From an uncultured delta proteobacterium (lineage in GTDB: Bacteria; Myxococcota; B64-G9): DNA of 64,000 nt. The stretch is from the NCBI GenBank assembly GCA_963754925.1, contig CAVWHX010000004.1:640001-704000 (forward strand), read 5' to 3'. Shown one piece after another: positions 40,033-50,220 of this stretch; within the stretch, counting starts at the first letter, position 1, and every line of letters starts with the position of its first letter. A program made the translations under genes and the position numbers. Under the pieces are notes generated by a model. The model made no database searches and was not told the DNA's origin. It was given only the letters and a program-made list of their open reading frames with translations.

Positions 40033-40587
40033 TTATTGATACGGGCTCGCGGCAGGTGGACGAATTATCGGCGTGTCGGGGAGTTTTTCAGCGGTTGGAT
40101 CATATTCCGGCACTATATCTTTGTCTATTTCCACTTCCACCGTCGTTTTGCCTACCGCAAAAGCCAGTTCGCCAACACACTGTTCTGACTCTATTTTTAG
40201 AATTTTGACTTTTTGATGCGCTATGGCAATCTTTTGGAACTCGTGCGTGCTGCTATCCTTCTCGCCTTTGGTTACGGCTTCCTGTAACGCAATATCAGCT
40301 TGCTCGGAAATGCGAATGAGTCCTTTGATGTTGATCAACTTTTCATTAACGCAATTTATTTTGATGACGTCTTTTTGATCGCGAGAATCTTTTAATATCT
40401 TCAAGACATCCGTCAGAATCTTCCTCATCTCATTGAGATTTTTTTCCGCCGTGTCCACCTTGTCCTTATCCGAAAGCTGCTCGGCTTTCTCGAAATCAGC
40501 TTGCTGGGTCGGTTGGGCAGGAATCTCTTTGGTGTACCCAACGCCGGCACCAAAGATGAAAATAGCCGCTAGCAAAAATCTATACAT
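40033..40587 (-). CDS. Secreted helical hypothetical protein with a Cys pair
   Basis: Signal peptide; KDVIKINCVNEKL...EQCVGE; Pro-rich end ASPYQ; RBS AGGAGG. Confidence 0.7.
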   Translation of the reverse strand: MYRFLLAAIFIFGAGVGYTKEIPAQPTQQADFEKAEQLSDKDKVDTAEKNLNEMRKILTDVLKILKDSRDQKDVIKINCVNEKLINIKGLIRISEQADIALQEAVTKGEKDSSTHEFQKIAIAHQKVKILKIESEQCVGELAFAVGKTTVEVEIDKDIVPEYDPTAEKLPDTPIIRPPAASPYQ

Positions 40588-40663
40588 CCAACCTCCTGCT
40601 CAAAACCACGGGCACAGCCAACTTCCCGAAAACATAGGAAAACTCACAATATAATTCCTCGCC

Positions 40664-40691
40664 ATTATAATGCAACCTGTCCGAATGTCAA
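40664..40691 (-). promoter_or_regulatory. Consensus sigma70 promoter for the hypothetical/beta-barrel/OPX module
   Basis: Minus strand TTGACA-16 nt-TATAAT. Confidence 0.65.
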
Positions 40692-40739
40692 CTCTTTTCG
40701 TACTTTATTCACTTCGTTGACCCTGTTGCCAGGAGCTCC

Positions 40740-43700
40740 CTAACTTCCCGGAAGTACCAAGACTTCTGGGCTTGAACTTGCTGGAGAATCCAGTTGTCCA
40801 TCACTCGCAATCACGCTGCACTGCCAAATGTCACCTTTCTTGACCATACGGCCGGGCACCATGTCGGTCTCAGGGGCAAAGTTCTGCCCTCTACCATCTT
40901 TCGACCAGCTAAAGCGGTAGTGAATTTTATCTCCATCGGAATCAATAGACTCGGCGACGATAACGCACTTGAGTTCTTGCTGGTCCTGCGGGTTAGCCGG
41001 CCGAATTTCCACTTTGGGCACGGTTGGCGCAGCGTTGCCGATGGTCACTGCCACACTGGATTCTGGCCCGGTCAACTGTCCATCGGAGGCTGCCGCTTTA
41101 CAAACCCATTGCTCTCCCTTATGAGTCTTTCCTGCGGGAAGCACGGCACCACCAGCGACCGGCTTGTCTCCCGCGTGTCCTTTGTCATCGACCAGCAACC
41201 AGCTGTAGGTGTGGGTGAGGCTGTCGCGATCAGGATCAACCGTTGGCTGGCTCAGGTGGCAAGACAATGGTTCACCCGTCAGTGGCTTGGTCGGCCTGAT
41301 CTCAAGCTTTGGCGCTGCAGGTCGCGCATTCGCCACCAGCACTTCTTGGCTGACGGGCTCGCTTTGCAATTCACCATCCGAGGCGACCACGGTCGCGACC
41401 CAGTGTTGGCCTTTCTTCAAGCTTCCAACGGGAACCGGCTCGATACCGGGGCCCGCGGGAAAGGGCTTACCGTCCACCGTCCACCGCACTGCGAGCGAGA
41501 GTTTGTCACCGTCAATATCGCTCGCGGGCACAAGTACGTTGACGCGTAGCGCGTCTAGGGCAGTGGGTTGCACCGGGTCAATCGCGATCTGGGGTGCACG
41601 AGGCGGGCTGTTTTTCACGATCGCAGACGCTTCACAGGCCGGGCCCTCCGCCTCGCCGTCAAACGGCACCGCCAACACCGTCCAGCGCTGGCCGCGCTTG
41701 ACCTCACGCCCGTCGATTTGATCGGCGCGAGCACTACTGGACCCGAGCGGCCTTCCGTCCACCGTCCAGTAATAACGCATCTGCACGGTGTCGCCGTCTG
41801 CGTCAACCGATGGCTTAGTAATCAAGGCCGATAACGTCTCACCCGTATGCGGCTGTGTTGGCTTGATCGCCACCTGGCATTCTCCGGGCGGAGAATTCTG
41901 GACCTCGAACCACTGCTCTGCCACCCGGCCGGTATCAGTTCCATCCGAAGGAATTATCTTGGCCAGATAGCGCTTATGTTTACGCGTTTTACCGGCTGGG
42001 AGGCGCCACTGGTCGCGACCACGGGAGATCTCTCGCTGGCCATCTTCCAGCCAGATCACCTCTACCGCAACCTTGTCAGCGTCAGGATCACTGGCCGGTT
42101 GGAGAACCTCAAGAGCAAGGTCCTCGGTCGTAAGCGGCCTTTGGTTAACCGCCTTGACCACCGGCGGCTCAGGGGGACTATTGCCAATGCGTATCTCTGC
42201 GTGCGCTGGCTTTCCCGTCGCCTCAGCGTCTCTCGGCGTCACCGTAACTGACCAGTGCTCACCTTTGAGGATATCGCCGGCCGGAATGAGCGGTTGGTGG
42301 GCAGCCGGTTGGTCATAGGGCTTTTCTTTGCACTGCCACTGGTACGAGTACTCAACCCGATCCAGGTCGGCATCCACCGCAGCCTGTTGCACCGTTACCG
42401 ATATATCATCATGGGCGCGCTGCACCCCTGGACGAATCTGCACCACCGGCGCCTCGGGCGGTGAATTTATCACTGCGGCAGTCGCCGTTGCCCGTCCTCC
42501 TATTTCAACGCCATCAAACGAATCGACGGCTACCAGGATCGTGCCCTGTTTGCCAACAAACCCGGCCGGCAGCACAGCTCGGTCATCCGGCACGTTCAGG
42601 GGGCTTTCGTTCACCGACCAATGATACCGATACGTCACCGGATCGCCGTCCGGATCCCTGCCAGGGCGGTCCACAACCACTCGCACCGCTTGCGTTACGG
42701 TCGGTCGCGCTGGATCGAGATGCACCTGCGGCTCGGATGGCGGCGTGTTGCTGATGACTATCGAGGCGTGACTAGGCACACCGTCAACCTCGCCATCGTT
42801 GGGGGTGACCACCACGGTCCACCGCTCTCCCTTTGCGGTCAGATGAGAAGGCACCAATCCTTGGGTCAATCCTTTGACCCGGATTCGATCCTTCAACCAG
42901 ACAACGGCGTAGTGAATCTGATCGCCATCAACGTCATCTGCCTCACGCACTATTTTCATGGTCAGGGGATCGTCCGTCCGAGCGGGATCGGGCTGAACGA
43001 CTACCTCAGGGGCACCGGGCGGCGTGTTGGCGATTTCCACCTCGGGGCTCTTAAAAACCCGTCCGTCGGGTTCGGCCTGAAGGGTAAAATACCAGCGCTC
43101 GTGCTTCTTGGTTGTTCTCTTGGCAACCACCCGCGCGCCATCAAGTTCGGTCACCCGTTTACCGTTCCGATACCAATTCACGATGGTATGCGGCTCGGCA
43201 TCGCCGTCAAGATCATGAAACTCATACGATAGTTTCAGCTCGTCAGTGACGCGCGGCTTATCGGGAGCGATGGTGAGCTTACGGTAGCGCGGAGGATTGG
43301 GATAGGTGGCCGCGCGGTGCGCGCTGCTTTGTCCTTCGGCTGGCCACGCCAACGGCTGGCTGGCTTTGCCAATCTTGAGCATGCTGAAGGCCACCAACTG
43401 GCCGTTCTTACTCACGCCGATGAGTTCGTTGTGTCCATCGCCGTTGAGATCGGCCATGAGCGGGGCCACCTCGACAGCATCTTCCATGGCGTACGGAAAT
43501 CCCGGATAGGGCCTTCCGTCGTTGCGCAGCAGTACAAGTGCATTCTGATCCGATCCGATCGCTATTTCAGGCTTGCCGTCTTGGTCGATATCACCGACAA
43601 TGGGGGCGGCTCTCAAACGATGACCTATTTGCACCGGAAATCCCGGCAGAGACTTTCCGTTTTGACCTATCGCATAGACGTTACCATCGCCCGAGGTGGC

Positions 43701-44576
43701 AACGATCTCAACCACGCCATCTCCGTTCAGATCGGCCAGAGCACACGTTGAGTAAACGCGGTAGCCGGTGAGCACCGGAAAACCAGGGGCATTGCTTCCA
43801 TCCTCTTTAATTACGTAGATCCTGAAGTCCTTTGAACCGAACACCACCTCGAAGCTGCCGTCATCATCGATATCTCCCAGCACCGGCTGGGAAGCCACCC
43901 CGTATTGCGCGCGGGTGGGAAAGCCCGGCATTTCTTGGTTTGGCGCTCGCCACGCGTGCAGCTGACCGCGCTCATCACCAAATATGAGGAGCATCGGCCC
44001 GCCGGGACGAAAACGCCCGATGGTAACCGCCGTGGAGACCGGGGTTTCCAGCTTGACGGGATAGCCGTGCACCGCACGCCCGCTGGTGTCGACAGCCCAG
44101 AGGTTGCCATCCTTGGCGGCAAACACTATCTCCGGCTGGCCATCGCCATTGATGTCTCCGAAGGTGGGAGCAGCGACGATCGTGGATCGGATTTGCAACG
44201 GAAAACCAGGAAAAGGTTTTCCCCTGCTATCTAAAACGTGCAATTGCCCGTCCCCGGTCCCGAATATGATTCCTGTCCCGTTTTTTCCAAGAACCCCCAC
44301 AGAAAATGGCGCGACAATAGAAGCGCCCTTTTGGAAGTCTATCGGGAAACCCGGCAGAACAGTCCCATCGACTCGCAGAACATAGAAATGCCTGTCTGTC
44401 GCGACCAGAAGCTCGGCTTGTCCGTCGCCATCGATATCCTGGGCTTGGGGGGCGGCAATCTCGACCCTACCGTCCAGGTGGATTGGAAACCGATTGAGAA
44501 CGGTCGCCGATTGCGTGGATGTTGCTCCGATAAGCACGAGAAGGAGCGTGTATGCCCAAAGCCGTATCCATTTCAT
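40740..44576 (-). CDS. Large secreted protein: FG-GAP/VCBS repeats plus nine tandem Ig/cadherin-like repeats
   Basis: Signal peptide; repeated D-(I/L)-(D/N)-GDG-x2-E-I-(V/A)...PGFP units; then nine ~95-aa units N-x-P-P...D-x-D-G-D...W...(P/A)-x-D-G. Confidence 0.85.
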   Translation of the reverse strand: MKWIRLWAYTLLLVLIGATSTQSATVLNRFPIHLDGRVEIAAPQAQDIDGDGQAELLVATDRHFYVLRVDGTVLPGFPIDFQKGASIVAPFSVGVLGKNGTGIIFGTGDGQLHVLDSRGKPFPGFPLQIRSTIVAAPTFGDINGDGQPEIVFAAKDGNLWAVDTSGRAVHGYPVKLETPVSTAVTIGRFRPGGPMLLIFGDERGQLHAWRAPNQEMPGFPTRAQYGVASQPVLGDIDDDGSFEVVFGSKDFRIYVIKEDGSNAPGFPVLTGYRVYSTCALADLNGDGVVEIVATSGDGNVYAIGQNGKSLPGFPVQIGHRLRAAPIVGDIDQDGKPEIAIGSDQNALVLLRNDGRPYPGFPYAMEDAVEVAPLMADLNGDGHNELIGVSKNGQLVAFSMLKIGKASQPLAWPAEGQSSAHRAATYPNPPRYRKLTIAPDKPRVTDELKLSYEFHDLDGDAEPHTIVNWYRNGKRVTELDGARVVAKRTTKKHERWYFTLQAEPDGRVFKSPEVEIANTPPGAPEVVVQPDPARTDDPLTMKIVREADDVDGDQIHYAVVWLKDRIRVKGLTQGLVPSHLTAKGERWTVVVTPNDGEVDGVPSHASIVISNTPPSEPQVHLDPARPTVTQAVRVVVDRPGRDPDGDPVTYRYHWSVNESPLNVPDDRAVLPAGFVGKQGTILVAVDSFDGVEIGGRATATAAVINSPPEAPVVQIRPGVQRAHDDISVTVQQAAVDADLDRVEYSYQWQCKEKPYDQPAAHQPLIPAGDILKGEHWSVTVTPRDAEATGKPAHAEIRIGNSPPEPPVVKAVNQRPLTTEDLALEVLQPASDPDADKVAVEVIWLEDGQREISRGRDQWRLPAGKTRKHKRYLAKIIPSDGTDTGRVAEQWFEVQNSPPGECQVAIKPTQPHTGETLSALITKPSVDADGDTVQMRYYWTVDGRPLGSSSARADQIDGREVKRGQRWTVLAVPFDGEAEGPACEASAIVKNSPPRAPQIAIDPVQPTALDALRVNVLVPASDIDGDKLSLAVRWTVDGKPFPAGPGIEPVPVGSLKKGQHWVATVVASDGELQSEPVSQEVLVANARPAAPKLEIRPTKPLTGEPLSCHLSQPTVDPDRDSLTHTYSWLLVDDKGHAGDKPVAGGAVLPAGKTHKGEQWVCKAAASDGQLTGPESSVAVTIGNAAPTVPKVEIRPANPQDQQELKCVIVAESIDSDGDKIHYRFSWSKDGRGQNFAPETDMVPGRMVKKGDIWQCSVIASDGQLDSPASSSPEVLVLPGS

Positions 44577-44641
44577 GGATTCAATCACCCCATCTCTAAC
44601 AAACGTTCCCAGCTCTGGAAAATAGTGTTATGCATCAAGAG

Positions 44642-45088
44642 CTACATCTTGGCGGCGAGTTTCTCATTGGTCTCGCGCAGGCGTAAGCTCAGGACCCGAG
44701 CGATATTAATTACCAGTAAGGTAAATCCATTCCTATACACCCGAGAGAAGCTTCGCAGGTTTTCGCTCGAGAGACAAAGCATGACCGTATCAGTCGAGGC
44801 GCGAATAGTGGCAGAACGGTATTCCTTATCGATGAGGGACATTTCACCAAAGAACTCCGGCGCTTGTAATGTAGCAATAACACGCTCCTCACTGTCCTCA
44901 CGTTTGCGCACCACGTCGACGGCGCCCTCCGCCAACAAGAAAAGCGAGTCGCCAACGGAGCCTTGCTCGAATACCAACTCTCCGGCTTTATAGTTCTTCT
45001 GTTGAGTGACCTCTGCCAGCATCTCAATCTCTTCCGGAAGCAATCCATGGAACAAACGTGATCGTTGCAACTCCTCTGCCTTATTCAT
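44642..45088 (-). CDS. Stand-alone cyclic-nucleotide-binding domain protein
   Basis: LFHGL, GELVFEQGSVGDSLFLLAEGAVDV, FFGEMSLIDKEYRSATIRA; no HTH. Confidence 0.9.
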   Translation of the reverse strand: MNKAEELQRSRLFHGLLPEEIEMLAEVTQQKNYKAGELVFEQGSVGDSLFLLAEGAVDVVRKREDSEERVIATLQAPEFFGEMSLIDKEYRSATIRASTDTVMLCLSSENLRSFSRVYRNGFTLLVINIARVLSLRLRETNEKLAAKM

Positions 45089-45148
45089 AGAGCCCACCTC
45101 GCAAAGTGTTTTCGCCTCTCGACCGCTGAGCGCCAATGTCTCTGAAAC

Positions 45149-46168
45149 TCAAGAGACCGTACTGCCTGGGCCGGCACTAAAGAAAGCATCGATGCGATTG
45201 TCTTGCTCTTCGTGAACTTCGCCAAAGGGCGGTACCGGCTCGATAAACTCCACCCCGCGCTGCCGATTCACTAAATAGACGTTGCGCGCCAGCAAGTCGA
45301 TGTTAAAACCATCGGGATGATCGGCCATCGGAACACAATAGACGTCTTTGTTGTTTTCACGCCGTGGCCAGTAGAGAAATTCGTTCCCCACCAGGCATCC
45401 AAACAAACGCCGGGCCGAAGAGCGCAGCTCGTCAATCTGATTTTGAAGATCGACTTGTTTCTGACTTGCCTGGTCAGACTCGCGCCGGAGAGCCTCGGCG
45501 CTTTGCTTGAAGTGCTCGGTCTGGTTAAAGAGTTGCTCAGACTCTTGACGGGCGCGCTTACTACTGAGTTTGTGTTCCGAAACGCTCAGATTGATATCCA
45601 GGGATCGCACCCATAACTGCTCGACCTCTTCCCAAAGACGAATCTTACGGTTGTTCTCGCGCTCATAGGTCGCCGATGTCTCGCGCAGCTCGCGCTCGCA
45701 CCGGGCGACCTCGGTTTGCTTGAGTTTGAGCTCCTGCTGCAGTTTCCTGGTCTGTTCAGATCTCTTGTTCGCCTCTATCAGGGCCTGCTTCTCGCGAATG
45801 CTATCCTGAGCCTTCAATACGTCATTCTCCGCTCTGCCCATGCGGTTGAACCAATCCGAGCAAACGATTCGTTGCATTTCGAAGTTAGCCACTGCTTCGT
45901 AAGATTTGTTCTCGATCTCTGACGCTTCTGCAATGAGCTGGGCGGCTACGTCTTCATACTCCCCAGCCCGATAGAGAATATCGATCGCTTTTTTCTGGGT
46001 GAGATCAGCGCGGAAATCCATGAGGGTTACCTGAGCTAGGAGTTCCTCGTGGCGAACTCTCGCGGCTGAGAGTTTTTGCTCAAGATTCTCACGCGACTTA
46101 CACCAATTGACAAAATCATCCCGTTGTAAAATGGCCTGCACCTCGCGCAGCCATAAGGCTTTCATCAT
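45149..46168 (-). CDS. Long coiled-coil hypothetical protein
   Basis: About 250 aa of E/Q/K/R/L-rich heptads followed by a small globular C-terminus (EFLYWPRRE...GVEFIEPVP). Confidence 0.7.
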   Translation of the reverse strand: MMKALWLREVQAILQRDDFVNWCKSRENLEQKLSAARVRHEELLAQVTLMDFRADLTQKKAIDILYRAGEYEDVAAQLIAEASEIENKSYEAVANFEMQRIVCSDWFNRMGRAENDVLKAQDSIREKQALIEANKRSEQTRKLQQELKLKQTEVARCERELRETSATYERENNRKIRLWEEVEQLWVRSLDINLSVSEHKLSSKRARQESEQLFNQTEHFKQSAEALRRESDQASQKQVDLQNQIDELRSSARRLFGCLVGNEFLYWPRRENNKDVYCVPMADHPDGFNIDLLARNVYLVNRQRGVEFIEPVPPFGEVHEEQDNRIDAFFSAGPGSTVS

Positions 46169-46238
46169 GATTACCTCTGCTAGAGCGTGGGTGTTTTGAT
46201 TGCTTCGCCCGTTACAATCTCTCGTCGTTCGCTACAAC

Positions 46239-47624
46239 CTACCCACTCCCTGGCGCAAGGATAAACGGGTACGTCACGCTGGTTTCGCCGCCACCCTGGG
46301 CCGGCGGGAAGCGAATGGCTCTAACTTGGGAGGCAATGCACGCGCCGAGCTCGCTATCGCCGGTAGAATTCTCAATGACGCTCGACTCGATCACGGTACC
46401 ACCGCCGTGAACCACAAAATGGATCACCACCTTGCCCTTGAGCTCTGGATTGCGCTTCAGCCGGCTCTCATAACAGTGCTTTATCCCACCCAATCGTCGC
46501 CGTACGACATTGACAATATCTTGTTGGCTCCGTGAATCCGAATCAAATTCCTGGAGAGCGGTTGAGGTGACGTTGGCCACAACTTTCGCCTCGGTCTTTT
46601 GCCGGTTGCCCTGGCCCGCAGCGCCGACAACGCCTCTGGTGCCCATATCTTCTATCGAAGCCGCGGTGGTGGCACCACCATTTCCCCGTACCCCGCGCTG
46701 CCCGGTCGCCGTGGCCACGTCGACACCGCCAATACCTTCAAAGGCATTCTCACCGTTACTGCCGATACTGCCTTCACCAAACACATCGGCTACAGCCGTG
46801 CCGACGGTTGCCCCTCCCGGCCCCTTAGCGCCCAGCAGCTTGAGCAGTCCTCGGCCGGCGACCTTTTTCTCGACATCGGCTCGGTGGGCGGCGGCTTTGG
46901 CGGCTTTCGCTTCATCGGTGTCACCCTGATCGTCCGCCGTATTTTGATTTTTCTTTTGTTCTTCCTTGGGCGGAGGTTTCACCGGCTCTGGTTCTTTCTT
47001 CTCGTTGGCGCCGTTATCTTTCGTGTCTTCTTCGATGTTTCTATCCGGCATCAACATCTTGGCAAAACGGTCGGGAATGTCCTCGATGCCAAGCTCCCGG
47101 GGAATGGGAATAGTATGCGCCCAGATAGTGATGGCGATGAAGCAAGCCAAGGTCAGACCAAACGTCGTCGTGTAGGCCCAGTCGATATTATGTGAATAGT
47201 AGCCACGGACCACAGCGGGCAGCTGCGGCTGCGCTGGTTCAGGCGGCGGGCTGACGAACTGAAACAATAAAATGCAATCTCCCACCGACACCCGCCCCCG
47301 CGAGGCCTCGCTGAGCTTGAGCGTGTAAACCGATCCTGATTTACGAACAAGGTGCTGAGCCTTGAGTGATTGAAGATCGCTCGCGTCGTTGCCGACGGAG
47401 ATACGGCCGGTCATATCGTCGGTAAAGGTGAGAAGATACTCGCTGCCTTTTATTTCAAATAGCGGGAAGCTCTTCGGGGCGTTCGCTGCAGGCAGGATGA
47501 TGGTATTGCGACTGCTGGTTCCAACGCTTACGGTAGCCCGTTTACGGATCAGTTTCTCCTCTATGATCTTTCCCCCTTGAATCACTCCGATTCGGAGAAT
47601 TTTTTCTTTTATGGTTTCCATCAT
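46239..47624 (-). CDS. GltG/PglI-like energy transducer (FHA-like N-terminus, TM, AgmX/PglI TonB_C-like C-terminus)
   Basis: LRIGVIQGGKIIEE; single TM; IPDRFAK; Gly-rich linker; IKHCYESRLKRNPELKGKV...CI...IRFP...VTYPF. Confidence 0.85.
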   Translation of the reverse strand: MMETIKEKILRIGVIQGGKIIEEKLIRKRATVSVGTSSRNTIILPAANAPKSFPLFEIKGSEYLLTFTDDMTGRISVGNDASDLQSLKAQHLVRKSGSVYTLKLSEASRGRVSVGDCILLFQFVSPPPEPAQPQLPAVVRGYYSHNIDWAYTTTFGLTLACFIAITIWAHTIPIPRELGIEDIPDRFAKMLMPDRNIEEDTKDNGANEKKEPEPVKPPPKEEQKKNQNTADDQGDTDEAKAAKAAAHRADVEKKVAGRGLLKLLGAKGPGGATVGTAVADVFGEGSIGSNGENAFEGIGGVDVATATGQRGVRGNGGATTAASIEDMGTRGVVGAAGQGNRQKTEAKVVANVTSTALQEFDSDSRSQQDIVNVVRRRLGGIKHCYESRLKRNPELKGKVVIHFVVHGGGTVIESSVIENSTGDSELGACIASQVRAIRFPPAQGGGETSVTYPFILAPGSG

Positions 47625-48307
47625 CGCGGTGTTTCCTTGGCGAGGGAGCTAACCCTCTTTTTAATCACCGCAAATTTATACTGGCCATATTCGGCCTGCC
47701 CGGCGGTATACAGAACCTCGGTCAGGAGGCGAAACGGGATACGCTTATCGGCAATTATGGTAACCAACCCTTTGAACTGGAGCTCCTTTTTGCCCTTATT
47801 GTATTTTGCAAAGAGCTGCTGGCGATCCGCCTCGACCTTGAGCGCCTCGTAGAGCGGGTTAATGAACATCGAGGCTGGGTTGTGGTCCTTCTTGTGTTCG
47901 GTCGCAACCCGACCATCCCTGACCATCGCAACCTTGCGGTCATTGACCAGGATCACCTTCGGCGATATGGCGATCTGAATCGCCTCTTGTGGACTATGCT
48001 GAGCCGTGGAAAGCGGTAACTGGGTGTCCTGGGAAGGTGTGATCTGAATGGGGTCGGAAGCATAGCTTTTCAGGAGATAGACCAGAATGATGGTCATCAT
48101 ATCCATCATCGCCACGATGTTGATCTCGGGCTGCTGGTACCCTTTGTTACGTTTGTGCTTGAGCTCAGCGACCTTTTGAGCCCTGCGATGCTTGCGTCGC
48201 TCGATCTCTTCCGGGGTGTACGTAATCATCGGCTCGGATGATTGCATCTCGGGTGCGTCGGCGCCCACGTTCTCTGGTTTGTCTTCCTGATCTAACGGCT
48301 TATCCAT
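47621..48307 (-). CDS. ExbD/TolR-family motor subunit (AglS-like)
   Basis: INIVAMMDMMTIILVYLLKS, LPLST, IIADKRIPFRLLTEVLYTAGQAEY. Confidence 0.88.
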   Translation of the reverse strand: MDKPLDQEDKPENVGADAPEMQSSEPMITYTPEEIERRKHRRAQKVAELKHKRNKGYQQPEINIVAMMDMMTIILVYLLKSYASDPIQITPSQDTQLPLSTAQHSPQEAIQIAISPKVILVNDRKVAMVRDGRVATEHKKDHNPASMFINPLYEALKVEADRQQLFAKYNKGKKELQFKGLVTIIADKRIPFRLLTEVLYTAGQAEYGQYKFAVIKKRVSSLAKETPR

Positions 48308-48903
48308 CAGACGATCTCCGGGCTGAGGATCACGTCAAAAAACAACGCCCGATCGCCATCATTACGAGTTGCGTCCATCACTCGTATCAGCACCTCGTAC
48401 GGCACATCGGGTTGGGCATATATGATGATCTTAGTCTCTTGCGGGAAGGCGTTCTTTATTTTGACCATCTCCTGAGTCAATTTCTTATAGTCATAGCAGC
48501 TAGCGGGCGGCGGTGCTTTGCGGTCGAGCGCTTCCCGGCATGGTGCTTCGGAAAGCAGCAAGGGGATACTGGGTTTCTTGGCCTTATCGGCCATGGGTTC
48601 CTGATCGCCTTCCTTCTCTGACCAGACACCGCCAACCGCTGCGATAAAAATACCCTCGTAGGTGACGCCGACCGTCAGATTCAACTGCTTTTCATCAGGG
48701 TTCGGTTGCTCTTGATTTTCGCCAGCACTCAGCGGGTCATGATAGCGCGGCGCATTGACGTTGATTACCCCGATCTGGATGAGTCCGGTCGAGGTGAACA
48801 ACATGAACATAATAATATTGATGACTATGTCCAAATAGGGGACTAAATTGAGATCAACTGGTCTGGAATGCGACTTAGAACGAAGTGATGGTTTTCGCGC
48901 CAT
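48307..48903 (-). CDS. ExbD/TolR-family motor subunit (AglQ-like)
   Basis: DLNLVPYLDIVINIIMFML, FPQETKIII, VPYEVLIRVMDATR. Confidence 0.88.
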   Translation of the reverse strand: MARKPSLRSKSHSRPVDLNLVPYLDIVINIIMFMLFTSTGLIQIGVINVNAPRYHDPLSAGENQEQPNPDEKQLNLTVGVTYEGIFIAAVGGVWSEKEGDQEPMADKAKKPSIPLLLSEAPCREALDRKAPPPASCYDYKKLTQEMVKIKNAFPQETKIIIYAQPDVPYEVLIRVMDATRNDGDRALFFDVILSPEIV

Positions 48904-48989
48904 GTGCTTCCACCAATTAACAGCAATACTTGGACAAATAAATCATCCGCTCTGTTCCCTCTGAACGATTCATTCCTTACGTCTCGATG

Positions 48990-49748
48990 CTACTCCGTTC
49001 GCTCGGCAGCTGCTGCACCTTTTCCGCGTGAGATCAAAAGGTTCTCAAGTTTCACCGAGTACTGATCGATCTCGTCCACGATTTTCTTGGTCATATTGGT
49101 CAAAAACAGATGCCCCAGCATGCAGATAACCGCAATGCTTAACCCAAACGCCGTATTGTACATAGCCTCAGAGATGCCGCGGGAGAGAACCTGAGCCTTG
49201 AGCTCGGGACTGACCGCACCGAGAGAGGAGAATGCGCGGATCAACCCGGTGATGGTTCCGAGCAAACCTATCAAGGTAGCCAGGTTCGCTATTTGGGCAA
49301 GGTTTGGCGTGCGTTTCTGAAGGATCGGCACGATCTCGAGCGTTGCTTCCTCAACGGCGTTTTGAATTTCGACCTCGCCACGATTGGCCCGGGTCAGGCC
49401 GGCCTTGACCACTTTGGGGAGCGCGGCCGAAGGAGCGGCATTGCAAAGCTTGATGGCCCGCTCAATGTTATTGGCCATCACCAGTTTTTGCACCTGGGCC
49501 ATAAATGCATCGGCATTAACGTTATACCTAAAGAAGATGAAGATGATGCGCTCGACGATAGTGGCGATCCCCCATGCCAACATCAACATGTTGACATACA
49601 AGAAAGGGCCACCACCGCGAAAAAACTCGGAGATTGCCGCCAAAATGCCCGAGCTGCCTTGACCCTCCTCGGCTGCGTAGGCAGCCGTTGGGCCTATCAG
49701 AAGCAGCGCTAGAGTGATCCCTTTCGCGACAGAATAGCGTTTCGTCAT
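48990..49748 (-). CDS. MotA/TolQ/ExbB proton channel (AglR-like)
   Basis: IVERI, ANLATLIGLLGTITGLI, GISEAMYNTAFGL. Confidence 0.92.
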   Translation of the reverse strand: MTKRYSVAKGITLALLLIGPTAAYAAEEGQGSSGILAAISEFFRGGGPFLYVNMLMLAWGIATIVERIIFIFFRYNVNADAFMAQVQKLVMANNIERAIKLCNAAPSAALPKVVKAGLTRANRGEVEIQNAVEEATLEIVPILQKRTPNLAQIANLATLIGLLGTITGLIRAFSSLGAVSPELKAQVLSRGISEAMYNTAFGLSIAVICMLGHLFLTNMTKKIVDEIDQYSVKLENLLISRGKGAAAAERTE

Positions 49749-49786
49749 CGCAGGTCCTCCGATGAAGTACCACACCAAATCAAAAG

Positions 49787-50041
49787 TTAGAATGGAGCCT
49801 TTTTTATGGCCTCTTCTATCTTAGGGACCAACTTCTGTTCGAGTTTCGTCCCCTCGTAGTTAAGATTAGCAGGCGGCAACAGATACCAAACTTCGGGCTT
49901 TTGTATACGGCCTTCGATCCGAGTTACCTGTTGAATGACCACCTGTTTGACACCCTTAGAAGCCGGCGCGGTCTGAGCAGCAAACACCAACAAGAATAGC
50001 GCCGACCACATCCACCTCCACCACCGATTGTTCTTTCTCAT
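49787..50041 (-). CDS. GltF/CglF-like small secreted protein
   Basis: Signal peptide; IEGRIQKPEVWYLL...VPKIEEAIKKAPF; lies between a TPR gene and the aglR-like gene. Confidence 0.7.
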   Translation of the reverse strand: MRKNNRWWRWMWSALFLLVFAAQTAPASKGVKQVVIQQVTRIEGRIQKPEVWYLLPPANLNYEGTKLEQKLVPKIEEAIKKAPF

Positions 50042-50220
50042 ATCGTTTACCTTATACTAAGAACCATAGGTACCGGTCAAGTAGCTTTCTTTGGTAACTT
50101 CCGATATACCCCCTACTGGCCGTGATTCTTGGCTGCATCATCCATCGTACGCCAACCTATACTACCACCGGTCACCGACCTATTGCACGTTCCTTACGAT
50201 AACAGCCAGCGATTTTACGG

